A DNA stretch of 64,000 nt from positions 1 to 64,000 of the IMG/VR virus record IMGVR_UViG_3300027798_000017, one strand, 5' to 3'. The DNA is from a virus. This document shows positions 19,961 through 30,082 of the stretch, piece after piece; the first letter of the stretch is position 1, and each line of letters begins with the position of its first letter. The notes under the pieces were generated by a model, which saw nothing but the letters and a program-made list of their open reading frames with translations, did no database searches and was not told the DNA's origin. The position numbers and the translations under genes are program-made.

Positions 19961-22869
19961 TGTCTGAAAAATTTGTTTAGCAAAGTTACCTTTTCAAAAT
20001 TTGATTGTCCTCCAAATCTTGCAGTTTGTGTTTGAAACTCTGTGTTAGTGTTTGAATCTTTTTGAACTATATCATTAAACATTCTAATAGTATCTTCTTT
20101 AGTAAAAGGAGTTACTATATCACGAATTTGCATTCTAGTATTCTCATCCAAATCTGGATTCTTCATTAAATCTACAAGCTTTTTATAATGATCTTGTGTA
20201 AAGTTTTCATTTACAGGATCATAAAGACCAAGCTCTTGTAATTTTTTAGCAGCTATATCTTTTCTTGCTTTTAATTCTGTTAATTGAGTGTAGTATTCTT
20301 CACCCCCAGTTTCTGGATTTTCTTTTGGATAATGTGAAGACCAAATAGTATGCTCTAAATTATCAGAAAAAGAATCTGATCTTGGTTTAGACATATCTCT
20401 ATAATTATAGTCATATGCTCCTGTTATACCAGCTCTCCCTTTTGTAGATGCATGTGATCTTTCATGTAAATCAAAATCTTTATTCCAATCTTTAAAATAC
20501 AATTTATGACCAACACTACTTAATTCATCAGCTTGACTTTTATAATCATCAAGTAAAGACTGGTATTTACCTCTTATCTCTTTATTATATTTTCCTTTAT
20601 CAGGAACTGAGTTTAGCATATTTTGAACTTCATTCATATTGCTATTATGATCCCCTAGGTCATAAGGAGGTTTATAATATGCGCCAGCATTCAATGACTC
20701 AAATGACTCAGGTGGGTTACTTGAATCACCCATTCCTACAGTTTGTAGATTTTGAATCATTTGTTCTTTATATAACTCTGCTTCTTCCTGTACTTCTTCA
20801 AGAGGCTTGCCAACCATTCTTGCATATCTTTCTGCAAACAATGGACTATTTACCATTGATTTTAAAAAGTCTGTGTTTTCTTTTGCAACATTAGGTTCAT
20901 AATTTGCAGGAATACACTGTCCATTTTCATTTCTTATGTAACCATCAGGACAAGGTTCTCCACCTTCTGCATATTGAATTAAACCACCATCTCTTAACCA
21001 TCTTGGGTGTTTATGTTTTTCTATTGGCTCACAAGGACAATTCTCACAATATCTTCTTTCTCCTTCAGGACATTCTTTTTTAAGTTTTTCCTTTTTTTCT
21101 ACAACTTCTTCTTCTTGACTTTTACGTTCTGCATATTTTTCCTCATCTTCTATGTCTTGAATTTTTTTACTTCTTTTATTATTTTTAAACTTAATGTCAT
21201 CAATATCTTTTTTAATACCAACATTTGCATACACTGTAGACCCCCATTTTATACCAGGATCTTTTTCTGGTGTTACCATTTGTTGATATTGACCTGACAC
21301 TTGATCTTGACCACCTGTCCATTCTTGATCAGTTTGTTTTTGAACATTTTTACCTTTTACAGGATCAAATTGAATTCCTGCTTCTCCATACAAATATGAA
21401 CCTCTTGATAATCTATCTAACCATCTTGGCTGATATTTTCCTTGTATTCTTGCACCATAGTTTAATCCTGCTCCACCTCCCTCAGCACCACCGCCTCCAC
21501 CAAATCCACCATAAAGATCTACATGACCAACACCATATCCTGGTTTTACTAATTTATTACCCCATGGAGTAATTGCATATCTAGCACCTCCTGAAAGAGA
21601 AACCAATGGTCCAGTATGCATATTATAATCAAGAGCCGCTTCTATATGTGGTATGAATTTTTTGTCTTGTAGTGCATTTTCAAAATCAAACTTTATTCCT
21701 GCAGATGGTTTATATTGAGCATTATCTCCAATTACTTGACTATAAGGCATTCCTACATAAGCATTGTATAACCATCCTCTTCCTGCTTCTTTTTTAGCAT
21801 TTCTATTTTTACTAAGAGACCCTTCTATACCAAATACAGCAGCTGGATCTTGTTTAAATACAGGTATATTATTAAAATAACTTTGATTTGTATTTACAGC
21901 TCCTGTAAAATTATTTTGATAAGCAGGGTTAAAATAAACATTGGCTCCTTTTTTTGTCAACCAATCAGGTGGATCTGCAGAAACACCACCTGGTGCATAC
22001 TGAGTTAAACCACCTTGTTTGTAAAATGTAGGATTCTCACGTGATTGTTTTTCTAATTGTTCTATTTCATCACCATATTCTTCTCTTATGTAACGTTCTT
22101 TGTCAAATCTATTTACATAAGCATAATCACGACCTTTGCCTGATGCATTTGGCTGAAAATCTTCCCAAAGTCTATGAACACCAACATGTGCTGGCATACC
22201 ATTACTGTCAAACCATCTTGATTTTTTATTATCATCATAACCCATAAAGGTCATTGCATGCGAATTATCAGCACCTTTAAAATTAACAACATCACCAACT
22301 TTCAAATTACCTTTTTCAATGTTGTCAAATGTTGGATCACTAAATTTTCCAACTCTTGTAAAAGGCACGTCTCCTCTATCAACAGCATTTATAAATCCAA
22401 TGTTTGAATTAAAATGTACAGGATTAAAATTTGACATGTAATCTTTTGTTTCAGGTGTGCATCGCCAGCCTAAGCCTGCTACATACATGCAACTAGGATC
22501 AACAAAATTTGTCACGCCATGTTTTTTCCAAAGTTCACGTGCGTCTGATCCTGGTTTACCTGGTATAATATACTCTTTGTAATTACCAGTTTTTGGGTCT
22601 ACCCATAGTTCATCAGAAAGTGCATGTTCAAATTTAGCAACTTTGTTAGGAATGCTATCTGCCTTATCATATATTGCTTGAATCTCATCAGTCTCACGAC
22701 ATTGACCATCTTCACAATCTGGATCTGGAACACATTTGCCATTTACAAGACTATAACCAAAAGGACAATCTGCTTCTTTTAAGCCTCCTGTTTTATAAAT
22801 AGGTTTTTGTTTCTTGGAAATCTCTCCAAGCATTTCATACATTCTATCTTGAGTAAATCTTGCCATCAC
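19957..22869 (-). CDS. Multidomain cargo protein, 970 aa: NlpC/P60-like + beta-barrel-like + zincin (HERSH)
   Basis: SCMYV...VGDVV...SHAM; Gly/aromatic alternating strands; LHERSH...TELKAR; domains separated by xxxGG pairs. Confidence 0.65.
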   Translation of the reverse strand: MMARFTQDRMYEMLGEISKKQKPIYKTGGLKEADCPFGYSLVNGKCVPDPDCEDGQCRETDEIQAIYDKADSIPNKVAKFEHALSDELWVDPKTGNYKEYIIPGKPGSDARELWKKHGVTNFVDPSCMYVAGLGWRCTPETKDYMSNFNPVHFNSNIGFINAVDRGDVPFTRVGKFSDPTFDNIEKGNLKVGDVVNFKGADNSHAMTFMGYDDNKKSRWFDSNGMPAHVGVHRLWEDFQPNASGKGRDYAYVNRFDKERYIREEYGDEIEQLEKQSRENPTFYKQGGLTQYAPGGVSADPPDWLTKKGANVYFNPAYQNNFTGAVNTNQSYFNNIPVFKQDPAAVFGIEGSLSKNRNAKKEAGRGWLYNAYVGMPYSQVIGDNAQYKPSAGIKFDFENALQDKKFIPHIEAALDYNMHTGPLVSLSGGARYAITPWGNKLVKPGYGVGHVDLYGGFGGGGGAEGGGAGLNYGARIQGKYQPRWLDRLSRGSYLYGEAGIQFDPVKGKNVQKQTDQEWTGGQDQVSGQYQQMVTPEKDPGIKWGSTVYANVGIKKDIDDIKFKNNKRSKKIQDIEDEEKYAERKSQEEEVVEKKEKLKKECPEGERRYCENCPCEPIEKHKHPRWLRDGGLIQYAEGGEPCPDGYIRNENGQCIPANYEPNVAKENTDFLKSMVNSPLFAERYARMVGKPLEEVQEEAELYKEQMIQNLQTVGMGDSSNPPESFESLNAGAYYKPPYDLGDHNSNMNEVQNMLNSVPDKGKYNKEIRGKYQSLLDDYKSQADELSSVGHKLYFKDWNKDFDLHERSHASTKGRAGITGAYDYNYRDMSKPRSDSFSDNLEHTIWSSHYPKENPETGGEEYYTQLTELKARKDIAAKKLQELGLYDPVNENFTQDHYKKLVDLMKNPDLDENTRMQIRDIVTPFTKEDTIRMFNDIVQKDSNTNTEFQTQTARFGGQSNFEKVTLLNKFFRQ

Positions 22870-22875
22870 TTAAAG

Positions 22876-25125
22876 TTAAAAAAAATCAGGCATATATCCA
22901 AAACTACCACCATGCTTTGCATACTGTATGTCATCATTTAGTCTATCTGGCTTTACTGGTGTAGATCTATTTGCCATAAGATTAAACATGTTTGTCAGAC
23001 CTTTTGTATCTTTTGAAAGTCTGTATAACTTATACAAGTCATCACTAAAATTTGGACTACCTTTTGTAAACATTCCAGATTGTTGTGCTTGTGATATCAT
23101 GCTTTCAACATCATCTTCTGTATACACTTTTGTAGGATCCATTTGAAATGCATTACGCCAATTCATTACATATGAATGCATATTCCCTTTGCCTTCTGGT
23201 GTTTGACCACTTGAATACATATAATCATTATATAGTTCTTCTTCCAAGTCTTTATCATTTTTTACAGCATCAGCCATTGGACTTGTTTCAAGAAAATCTT
23301 CATATGATTTCATATTTTCATTAGCAATTCTTTGATGTACTGGCTCAACAAATTTTTCAGCATCTCCTGCTGTTGACTCATTAGTATACTCATGCAATTG
23401 AGTTTGAGCATTTTCAAATGGATTTTGTCTTATTCTTTCTGCAATCTCAATTATTGGATTACTTTTTTTTGTAGCTTCTCTATATGCCCCTAATGCATCA
23501 GGATTATTATCAATCATTTCAGTATATTGAATTGGAACATTAGATGTTTCCATTCTCTGATTGATCATTGGTAATACTTTGTTTAACCACTTACCATGTG
23601 CTTCACTTTCATCCAATGTTCCAAAATTTGGATCATTTACAAGTTCAGGTCTACGTTGATACCAGTCAGTTAAATAGTCCTTTCCATAAGTATCTGGAAC
23701 TGTTGGTACACATGTTTGTAGTTCATCACTCCATTCATGATTTTCTGGACAATCTGATTCACCACCTTCTAAATACTTGCGTTTAATTTTGCGTTCTTGT
23801 TGCAACATTTCCTTTGTAGGTTCTTTACCACTACCACGATTTGCTCTAATGTTATCCCATAGACCACGTTGTGAGTAACTTCCATCTGCACGCTTAATCA
23901 TCCCACCACGCTTCATTTCAACTTCATTATTAGTTGAACCACATTTGTGACATGTTGTTGGATCTGAACCAGCATCTGACATTTTCCAAGACCATCCACA
24001 TTTACCACATTTTATAGTTGGATCAGTTTCACCACCATCGCGCTGCTTTTCAGTACCACTTTTTAAATTATCAAAATTAGTTCCATTGCGTATCATCATT
24101 TCAAGATTATGTTTTCTCATTGAATCAGATGATTGCTGCATCAAGTTGTTTATTAAATTCCCACTAGAAACATTACTTCCTTCTGGTGGAACAGTTAAGT
24201 ATTTACTACCTACTGCATAATAACCTTTTGCACGCTCATTATCAGAACCATCATAAATAGAACTACCATCAGAACCTACAACTGAATATGTAGCAGGATT
24301 TGTAAAATTAACATTCATGTTTCTATCAGAAATTTGTTTTGGCATTTCAACACATTGTCTTCCATCCCAATATTGACCATCTGGACATGCCATCATTTCA
24401 CCACCTTCTTCCCACGTTGATCTTGCATATGCTCTGAAGTATGGATTGTTTTTAAGATTAGTAGCATGTCTGGCATAAAAAGCATCTTTCCCATTTTTTG
24501 AATTACCACGTTCACCCATGTTTGGATCACCAAAATATTTTTTAGTTCCATCAGGTCCAGTTACAACATGTGTTTTACCTTTACGATCATTTGATCTTCT
24601 TACAGTATACCCACCTTTTCCATATTCAGGAACTTCAAAATCACCTCCATACTCCATGTTATTAAGAATTTGATTTTGAACATATTCTGGTAATGCATTA
24701 AAACCTGGATTGTCAATTGTACCACCTTCTTCTTTTGCAAAGTTTCTAGCAAAGTTTGCTTTCTTAACCATTGCTGGAGAATACTCTTCTTTGTTACTAA
24801 GTATATGAGCAGCAGCTTGTTGTATAGACATACCCATGCGCGTAGCCTGAGCTTTAAATGTACCTTTCTTGCGTGGATCTAAATGTAGCCCACCATGTTT
24901 TGCTTGTTGATAGTAATCATCAAATGACGCATCTTCAGGATTCATAGGAGGCATCTGTTGTTCCATTCCTGGTATAAACTGACCAAGTGCACTAGCTTGA
25001 TTTTGCATTAGTGCATCTTTAAGTTGCTGCTTAATCATTTTCTCTTGCTGAACTTGAGATTGTCTTTGACCAAAGTTTGTCAGAACTTCAGCTATTGTCC
25101 ATTTTTTATCATTTGATTCTTTCAT
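22876..25125 (-). CDS. Modular cargo protein, 749 aa, nine xxxGG motifs and a degenerate zincin (HEYTN)
   Basis: Small basic modules, a CxxC...CxxC ribbon and Cys-hairpins, each bounded by GG motifs. Confidence 0.7.
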   Translation of the reverse strand: MKESNDKKWTIAEVLTNFGQRQSQVQQEKMIKQQLKDALMQNQASALGQFIPGMEQQMPPMNPEDASFDDYYQQAKHGGLHLDPRKKGTFKAQATRMGMSIQQAAAHILSNKEEYSPAMVKKANFARNFAKEEGGTIDNPGFNALPEYVQNQILNNMEYGGDFEVPEYGKGGYTVRRSNDRKGKTHVVTGPDGTKKYFGDPNMGERGNSKNGKDAFYARHATNLKNNPYFRAYARSTWEEGGEMMACPDGQYWDGRQCVEMPKQISDRNMNVNFTNPATYSVVGSDGSSIYDGSDNERAKGYYAVGSKYLTVPPEGSNVSSGNLINNLMQQSSDSMRKHNLEMMIRNGTNFDNLKSGTEKQRDGGETDPTIKCGKCGWSWKMSDAGSDPTTCHKCGSTNNEVEMKRGGMIKRADGSYSQRGLWDNIRANRGSGKEPTKEMLQQERKIKRKYLEGGESDCPENHEWSDELQTCVPTVPDTYGKDYLTDWYQRRPELVNDPNFGTLDESEAHGKWLNKVLPMINQRMETSNVPIQYTEMIDNNPDALGAYREATKKSNPIIEIAERIRQNPFENAQTQLHEYTNESTAGDAEKFVEPVHQRIANENMKSYEDFLETSPMADAVKNDKDLEEELYNDYMYSSGQTPEGKGNMHSYVMNWRNAFQMDPTKVYTEDDVESMISQAQQSGMFTKGSPNFSDDLYKLYRLSKDTKGLTNMFNLMANRSTPVKPDRLNDDIQYAKHGGSFGYMPDFF

Positions 25126-28100
25126 TATCTTGGGCTATTAAGATTTTTTACATTGGTAATTTTAAGTATCATCTTGTTATCACCACTTATATTTTTTCTC
25201 AAAATTATTCTATTACCATAGTGTCTAAACTTTTTATGTTCTAATGGTGATTTATCATAATTTACATAATCAGGATTAATATCTTTCTTGTATCCAGAAC
25301 ACTTTGTTTTCCACATAGGTAATTGAACTCCTGAGAATTCACCTCTATCATTAGTAATGTCCCAGAAGGTATTAAATCTATATTTGTTTTCTTCTTTGGA
25401 AAAAAGTATCTGGATATAATCAGGACCTATTACAGGATTAGCAAGAATGTCCATTGGATTATTTTTCTGCTTGATTCTCATTCTAAGAATACCTGAAATT
25501 TGCTCTGAGTTATATATGATTGCTCTATCAAAATTCTGATCAAGCACATGGAAAAAATCTTTACCATCATTGTAGAATTTATAAACATCTAAATAGTATT
25601 CAAAACTTCTTAAAGTTGTAATTTGATTTGGAGTTACAATTGGATACTCAATTTCCCATGGATAATTAATATCATAGTAATTGCAAAAACTATCCCAGCG
25701 ATTGTTATGTTTCCAAATTTTATTATTCTTGATTGTATAAAAATTCTGATATGATGGCATCATCAATGTTGGATGCCAGTCATGAAACGAAACCCAAATT
25801 TTTGCTTTTGGATCATAACTTACTGTCCAATCACAAGGTTCAAAACAAAGTGGATCGTTAAAAGCACAAGGACATTTTATAGGTATTGGATTTGTTCTGA
25901 CTGATATTGAACACTCTTTTGTTTTGCCTCCTAAATCTGTCAATGTAATTATGTATGTTGTAGAGTTTACTGGATAAACAACAATAGAACCATTTAATGG
26001 AACTGGACCAATGCCATTATTCATACTAACAGAAACAGCTCCTGTAGTTGTCCATTCAAGTGTTATTGGAGAACCTGCATTGGCATTTTCAGCAGTTGCT
26101 GTAAGTTCACATCGCATGGTCTCAACATTAACACTTGGTATAAGTTCTGGTTCTACAAGTCCAGGTCCAGTATCCTCACCACATATGTAATAAGGAACAC
26201 CTGATGGATCATCAAATAATAAATCATCACGTAAAGGAATGTAATCTCTTTTTGAGAAATACACTAACTCATATGTAGAATCATAAATTGCTTGCACACC
26301 AATACCTGCTACTGGATTATCATAAAGTGGAAACTCAGGATATACTTCAAGCATTTTTGAAGGAAGATTTTCTGCAAACCAAAACTTTAAACCATTACGT
26401 GATATCTCATCAAGATTGCTACCTGTTGTTACAAATATCTTACCTATGTCTTGTGATACAAAAAACATTCCATATGGTGTGTTTATTGCAGCACGCGAAG
26501 ATATAGATGATCCATATGAAAGTGCATCATCTGCGTTAACCAAACTCTGAAAGTTTTGTTGAAATAAACCACTATCACCAATTGTTACTTTAACACCTGC
26601 TGTAGTTTGCAATTGATCAACTCCAGTAAATGTGGTTGGTTCTGCATTTTCAAAAAGCATTATAGCACCAGTTGCGTTTAATGATTTAATTATATTTACT
26701 CTTCCATTAAAGTCTTTAAAATTGAGAGGTAGATAATTTCTCCAGTTATCTCTTTTAAGTCCTGACTGTTGACGTAATGAATAGACACTCCTTTTTGGGA
26801 AGTACTCAAAACATGTTGAGTAGAGCTGTGGGTCATAGTCGCGTGGTAATATATTCCCCCAGTTTGCGAGATTGTTAAATAATTTGGAACTGCTAAGTGA
26901 TAAGTCATATTTGTAAAATGCTGGTTTTGTTATTTCATCTGTTCTAAACATTGTAGACAGGTCATTAAAAGACAAGCCATACACGTCATAAAATTTCTGA
27001 GAATCCTCAACACCATAATCTCTATATGCCATGTTAAGTTCAGACTCTGTAAAGTAATCGCGTACACCATTATAAAAAAGATAAAACCATGAGTTCCTGC
27101 GTACAAGTCGTAGTGTTGCTCCTCCTGCTACAGCATCTAATCTATAATTATCTGAAGGTGTTGCCAAATCTAAATCTGGTAAAAGCTGTGATGGAAAATT
27201 CCAACTAAAGTTTATTTGAAAATCAGAAGCATCATAGTTTGCTAAATTTGCCCAATATCTTGGAGCAGGTCCATTTACATGATTTCTGTAATCCCACTCA
27301 GTACCATCTAATTCTCCAAGCATCCATGTGTTAAAGAAATAATGTGCATTTTTTTCTGTGTATCTATTTATATAAACATCACCACCAAAAATACCTGTGG
27401 TTGAATATGTAGTACCAATAACAGGTTTTGTTGCATATACACAAGAACCAGTTGGTACTTGCACTACACCATAAAGTTGACCATACTGATTTTGATAATC
27501 TACTTTTATAGCACCATAATACTGAGCTATGCTTGATGTAAATTCACCAAATGGATCTTTGTATGAAATTCCAGGAACATCCTTTACACGTTTTTTAGAA
27601 TTATCTATAGATACTGGAAATGGTAAATCCTTAGTAAGTTTTAAACCTACAAACTTTGTTCTGTAAAGATTGTTTATTCTATAAGTATTATCAAAATCTT
27701 GAATATGCATACCAACATACTTAATCATATTGTCTTGAATCCTACGTCTAAATGCTTTGTTATAAGCTGGAGGAACAGACATGTTATTTACATTGGTATA
27801 ATTTGAATAAAACCCATGACTATTATACTGCAAGACATAGTCTCTATAATTTGACATGTTTCTAATTAAGTCAAGAACAACACTCATTCCACGTGGTATC
27901 CAGAATCCAAGACTAACAGCAAACTGTATAATACCTGCAACAGTCCCTAGCAGTTGAGCTTGACCACCTGTTGAGAATGATGCTAAAATACCACCACTAA
28001 TTAAATCTGCAACAGTTGTAGCTGGTGCTGAATCACGCGTAGAATCTGCGTATGGTGCACCAGTTCCTGCTGCTAGTGGAAAGTTACCACCTTTAACTGT

Positions 28101-30080
28101 TGTTTTACCTAATGCTTCAATTAATGCAATACCTAAACCAACAGCAACTGCCAGTGTAAAGGCGTTGTCAGTAAGGAGTTTAAATCTTGGGTGTTTGTAT
28201 GGTAGTTCAAACTGACCTGTTGCTGTACCTTTTTCCTCTGTATATATTTTAATGTAGTTTGTACCAAATGCTGGTCTTTCAAAATTTGTCTCTACAGAGT
28301 GAAATGATAGATAGTTCTTTTTATACTTGTCAAGTTTTGAAGCATTTTCCCAAGGATCTTCATTTACATTATTGTCAAGTATTGTATAGTCATCAGATAA
28401 GAAAGAATCAGGACGTACATCATTGTATGGATAATTCTGCATCAAACCTTTTTTACTTGTCTGACCATTGATATTAAACTCAAGCATGTTTGCAAAAACA
28501 CCTTTTGCAACAATTGATTTATTACCTTCTCTAGATCCTCTTAATATTTCATAACCAACAATCTCAGCAATTGGATTACCATCAGCATCTACTGGTGCTT
28601 CAATATTACTAAACACTGCACCAATAATAACAATTTTATTTCCACCTTGATTATGTATATGAATAGTTTCATTTGATGGCATCTTGTGATGACGTATTGG
28701 TTTATAACACAAGTCACCCCATACTTCAGGATTAGTTGGATATCTCTCAATGGATTCCCAATAACCCATGTTACCTTTTGCTATTACAATACCACCATCT
28801 TTTTCTGTACCAGATGCTGGAACTCGTGTTGATGTATCATATACCTGCCATGCATATTGTTCTGATGGATCTACGATATCATCTCCTGAAACAGGAGCCA
28901 AGTCTGTTGGTATTGCAATACGTCCTGGTATATGATATGACGCAGTACGATTTCCTGTATTGTATATCCATCTGATAAAAAATGCATAGACTTCATCACG
29001 CATGTAACCTACTACATTGCCACCATTCCAATAATAATTTACATCATATTCAGCAGCAACCCAACTTGTTACAATTTTATTTGCTTGTAATTGGTAATTG
29101 ATAAATGGTTGTGTACTTACTCCACTTCTGATAAGATAACCATTAACAACAGCCATCTTTTCACTTTTGTCATAAACAACACTTCTTAATGGAATATATG
29201 ATAATGGAACAGTTTCTAATGCTCCTTGTATTACGTCAATAACAACTGTTTTTTGATTGATGTTATAGTATCCAATTTTTTTAGCAATTGCATTTTGTGT
29301 GTTTACTGAAATAATTACAAGCTCATACTCTTCAAAGTCTTGGTCAAGATTTTCAATGTTTATCTCAAGACTACCACCAAAACCACTATCACGCCATAAT
29401 CCTTGAGCAACACTTGGCATTGAATATTCTGTTAAGCGTATACCATTTTCTGAATATGCTATGCTTGCCATATAACTACCATTAATTATTTGACCTGAAC
29501 CAATTGCTTTTTTTATCTCAACGCATGGTTGCTGAATAAGTGGATGTAAACGAATTTTGTCACAATCCAGTCTATCTGTACAAATCTCTCCATCACATGG
29601 ATCTTCACTAACTGGATCACATATATATGGAACATTGTTTAAGTTCATTGTTCTGTCAGGATTTAGATTATCCTGCCAATATCCTGAAAAAGTACAATCA
29701 TAATTCTCTTTTACAAAAGCTGTAATTAGATTAGTTGTTTTAAAATTCAAACATTGATCATTTATAACTTTTGTGTAGGAACACTTTGACTCATCAAATA
29801 TTCCAATTTCTGAATCAATGTTGTTTGTTGAGAATATCAACCATTCAGTTTCTCTTATAAATGCATGACCAATTATTGTGTAAGGTGCTTGTGTACAGTA
29901 TTTGTTTGATGGCTCATTTCCAATTGATCCAGTTTCACCATAATGTGAGTTGTTTATTGCATTAACCGCGTTATACCAAAGACCATCTGACATGTAAATA
30001 TCAGTGGTATCTTTATTCATTCCTTTAGTAAAGGATTGAGTTAATGCACCAGTTGTATCTTGTGTATTAGTTTTAGCCAT
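25125..30080 (-). CDS. Tail stabilisation/muzzle protein (P22 gp10-like, crAss-type), 1651 aa
   Basis: N-terminal FTKGMNKD...YNAVN; GYMRDEVYAF; GGDVYINRYT; C-terminal WVSFHDW; follows the ring-protein genes. Confidence 0.8.
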   Translation of the reverse strand: MAKTNTQDTTGALTQSFTKGMNKDTTDIYMSDGLWYNAVNAINNSHYGETGSIGNEPSNKYCTQAPYTIIGHAFIRETEWLIFSTNNIDSEIGIFDESKCSYTKVINDQCLNFKTTNLITAFVKENYDCTFSGYWQDNLNPDRTMNLNNVPYICDPVSEDPCDGEICTDRLDCDKIRLHPLIQQPCVEIKKAIGSGQIINGSYMASIAYSENGIRLTEYSMPSVAQGLWRDSGFGGSLEINIENLDQDFEEYELVIISVNTQNAIAKKIGYYNINQKTVVIDVIQGALETVPLSYIPLRSVVYDKSEKMAVVNGYLIRSGVSTQPFINYQLQANKIVTSWVAAEYDVNYYWNGGNVVGYMRDEVYAFFIRWIYNTGNRTASYHIPGRIAIPTDLAPVSGDDIVDPSEQYAWQVYDTSTRVPASGTEKDGGIVIAKGNMGYWESIERYPTNPEVWGDLCYKPIRHHKMPSNETIHIHNQGGNKIVIIGAVFSNIEAPVDADGNPIAEIVGYEILRGSREGNKSIVAKGVFANMLEFNINGQTSKKGLMQNYPYNDVRPDSFLSDDYTILDNNVNEDPWENASKLDKYKKNYLSFHSVETNFERPAFGTNYIKIYTEEKGTATGQFELPYKHPRFKLLTDNAFTLAVAVGLGIALIEALGKTTVKGGNFPLAAGTGAPYADSTRDSAPATTVADLISGGILASFSTGGQAQLLGTVAGIIQFAVSLGFWIPRGMSVVLDLIRNMSNYRDYVLQYNSHGFYSNYTNVNNMSVPPAYNKAFRRRIQDNMIKYVGMHIQDFDNTYRINNLYRTKFVGLKLTKDLPFPVSIDNSKKRVKDVPGISYKDPFGEFTSSIAQYYGAIKVDYQNQYGQLYGVVQVPTGSCVYATKPVIGTTYSTTGIFGGDVYINRYTEKNAHYFFNTWMLGELDGTEWDYRNHVNGPAPRYWANLANYDASDFQINFSWNFPSQLLPDLDLATPSDNYRLDAVAGGATLRLVRRNSWFYLFYNGVRDYFTESELNMAYRDYGVEDSQKFYDVYGLSFNDLSTMFRTDEITKPAFYKYDLSLSSSKLFNNLANWGNILPRDYDPQLYSTCFEYFPKRSVYSLRQQSGLKRDNWRNYLPLNFKDFNGRVNIIKSLNATGAIMLFENAEPTTFTGVDQLQTTAGVKVTIGDSGLFQQNFQSLVNADDALSYGSSISSRAAINTPYGMFFVSQDIGKIFVTTGSNLDEISRNGLKFWFAENLPSKMLEVYPEFPLYDNPVAGIGVQAIYDSTYELVYFSKRDYIPLRDDLLFDDPSGVPYYICGEDTGPGLVEPELIPSVNVETMRCELTATAENANAGSPITLEWTTTGAVSVSMNNGIGPVPLNGSIVVYPVNSTTYIITLTDLGGKTKECSISVRTNPIPIKCPCAFNDPLCFEPCDWTVSYDPKAKIWVSFHDWHPTLMMPSYQNFYTIKNNKIWKHNNRWDSFCNYYDINYPWEIEYPIVTPNQITTLRSFEYYLDVYKFYNDGKDFFHVLDQNFDRAIIYNSEQISGILRMRIKQKNNPMDILANPVIGPDYIQILFSKEENKYRFNTFWDITNDRGEFSGVQLPMWKTKCSGYKKDINPDYVNYDKSPLEHKKFRHYGNRIILRKNISGDNKMILKITNVKNLNSPR

Positions 30081-30082
30081 AA

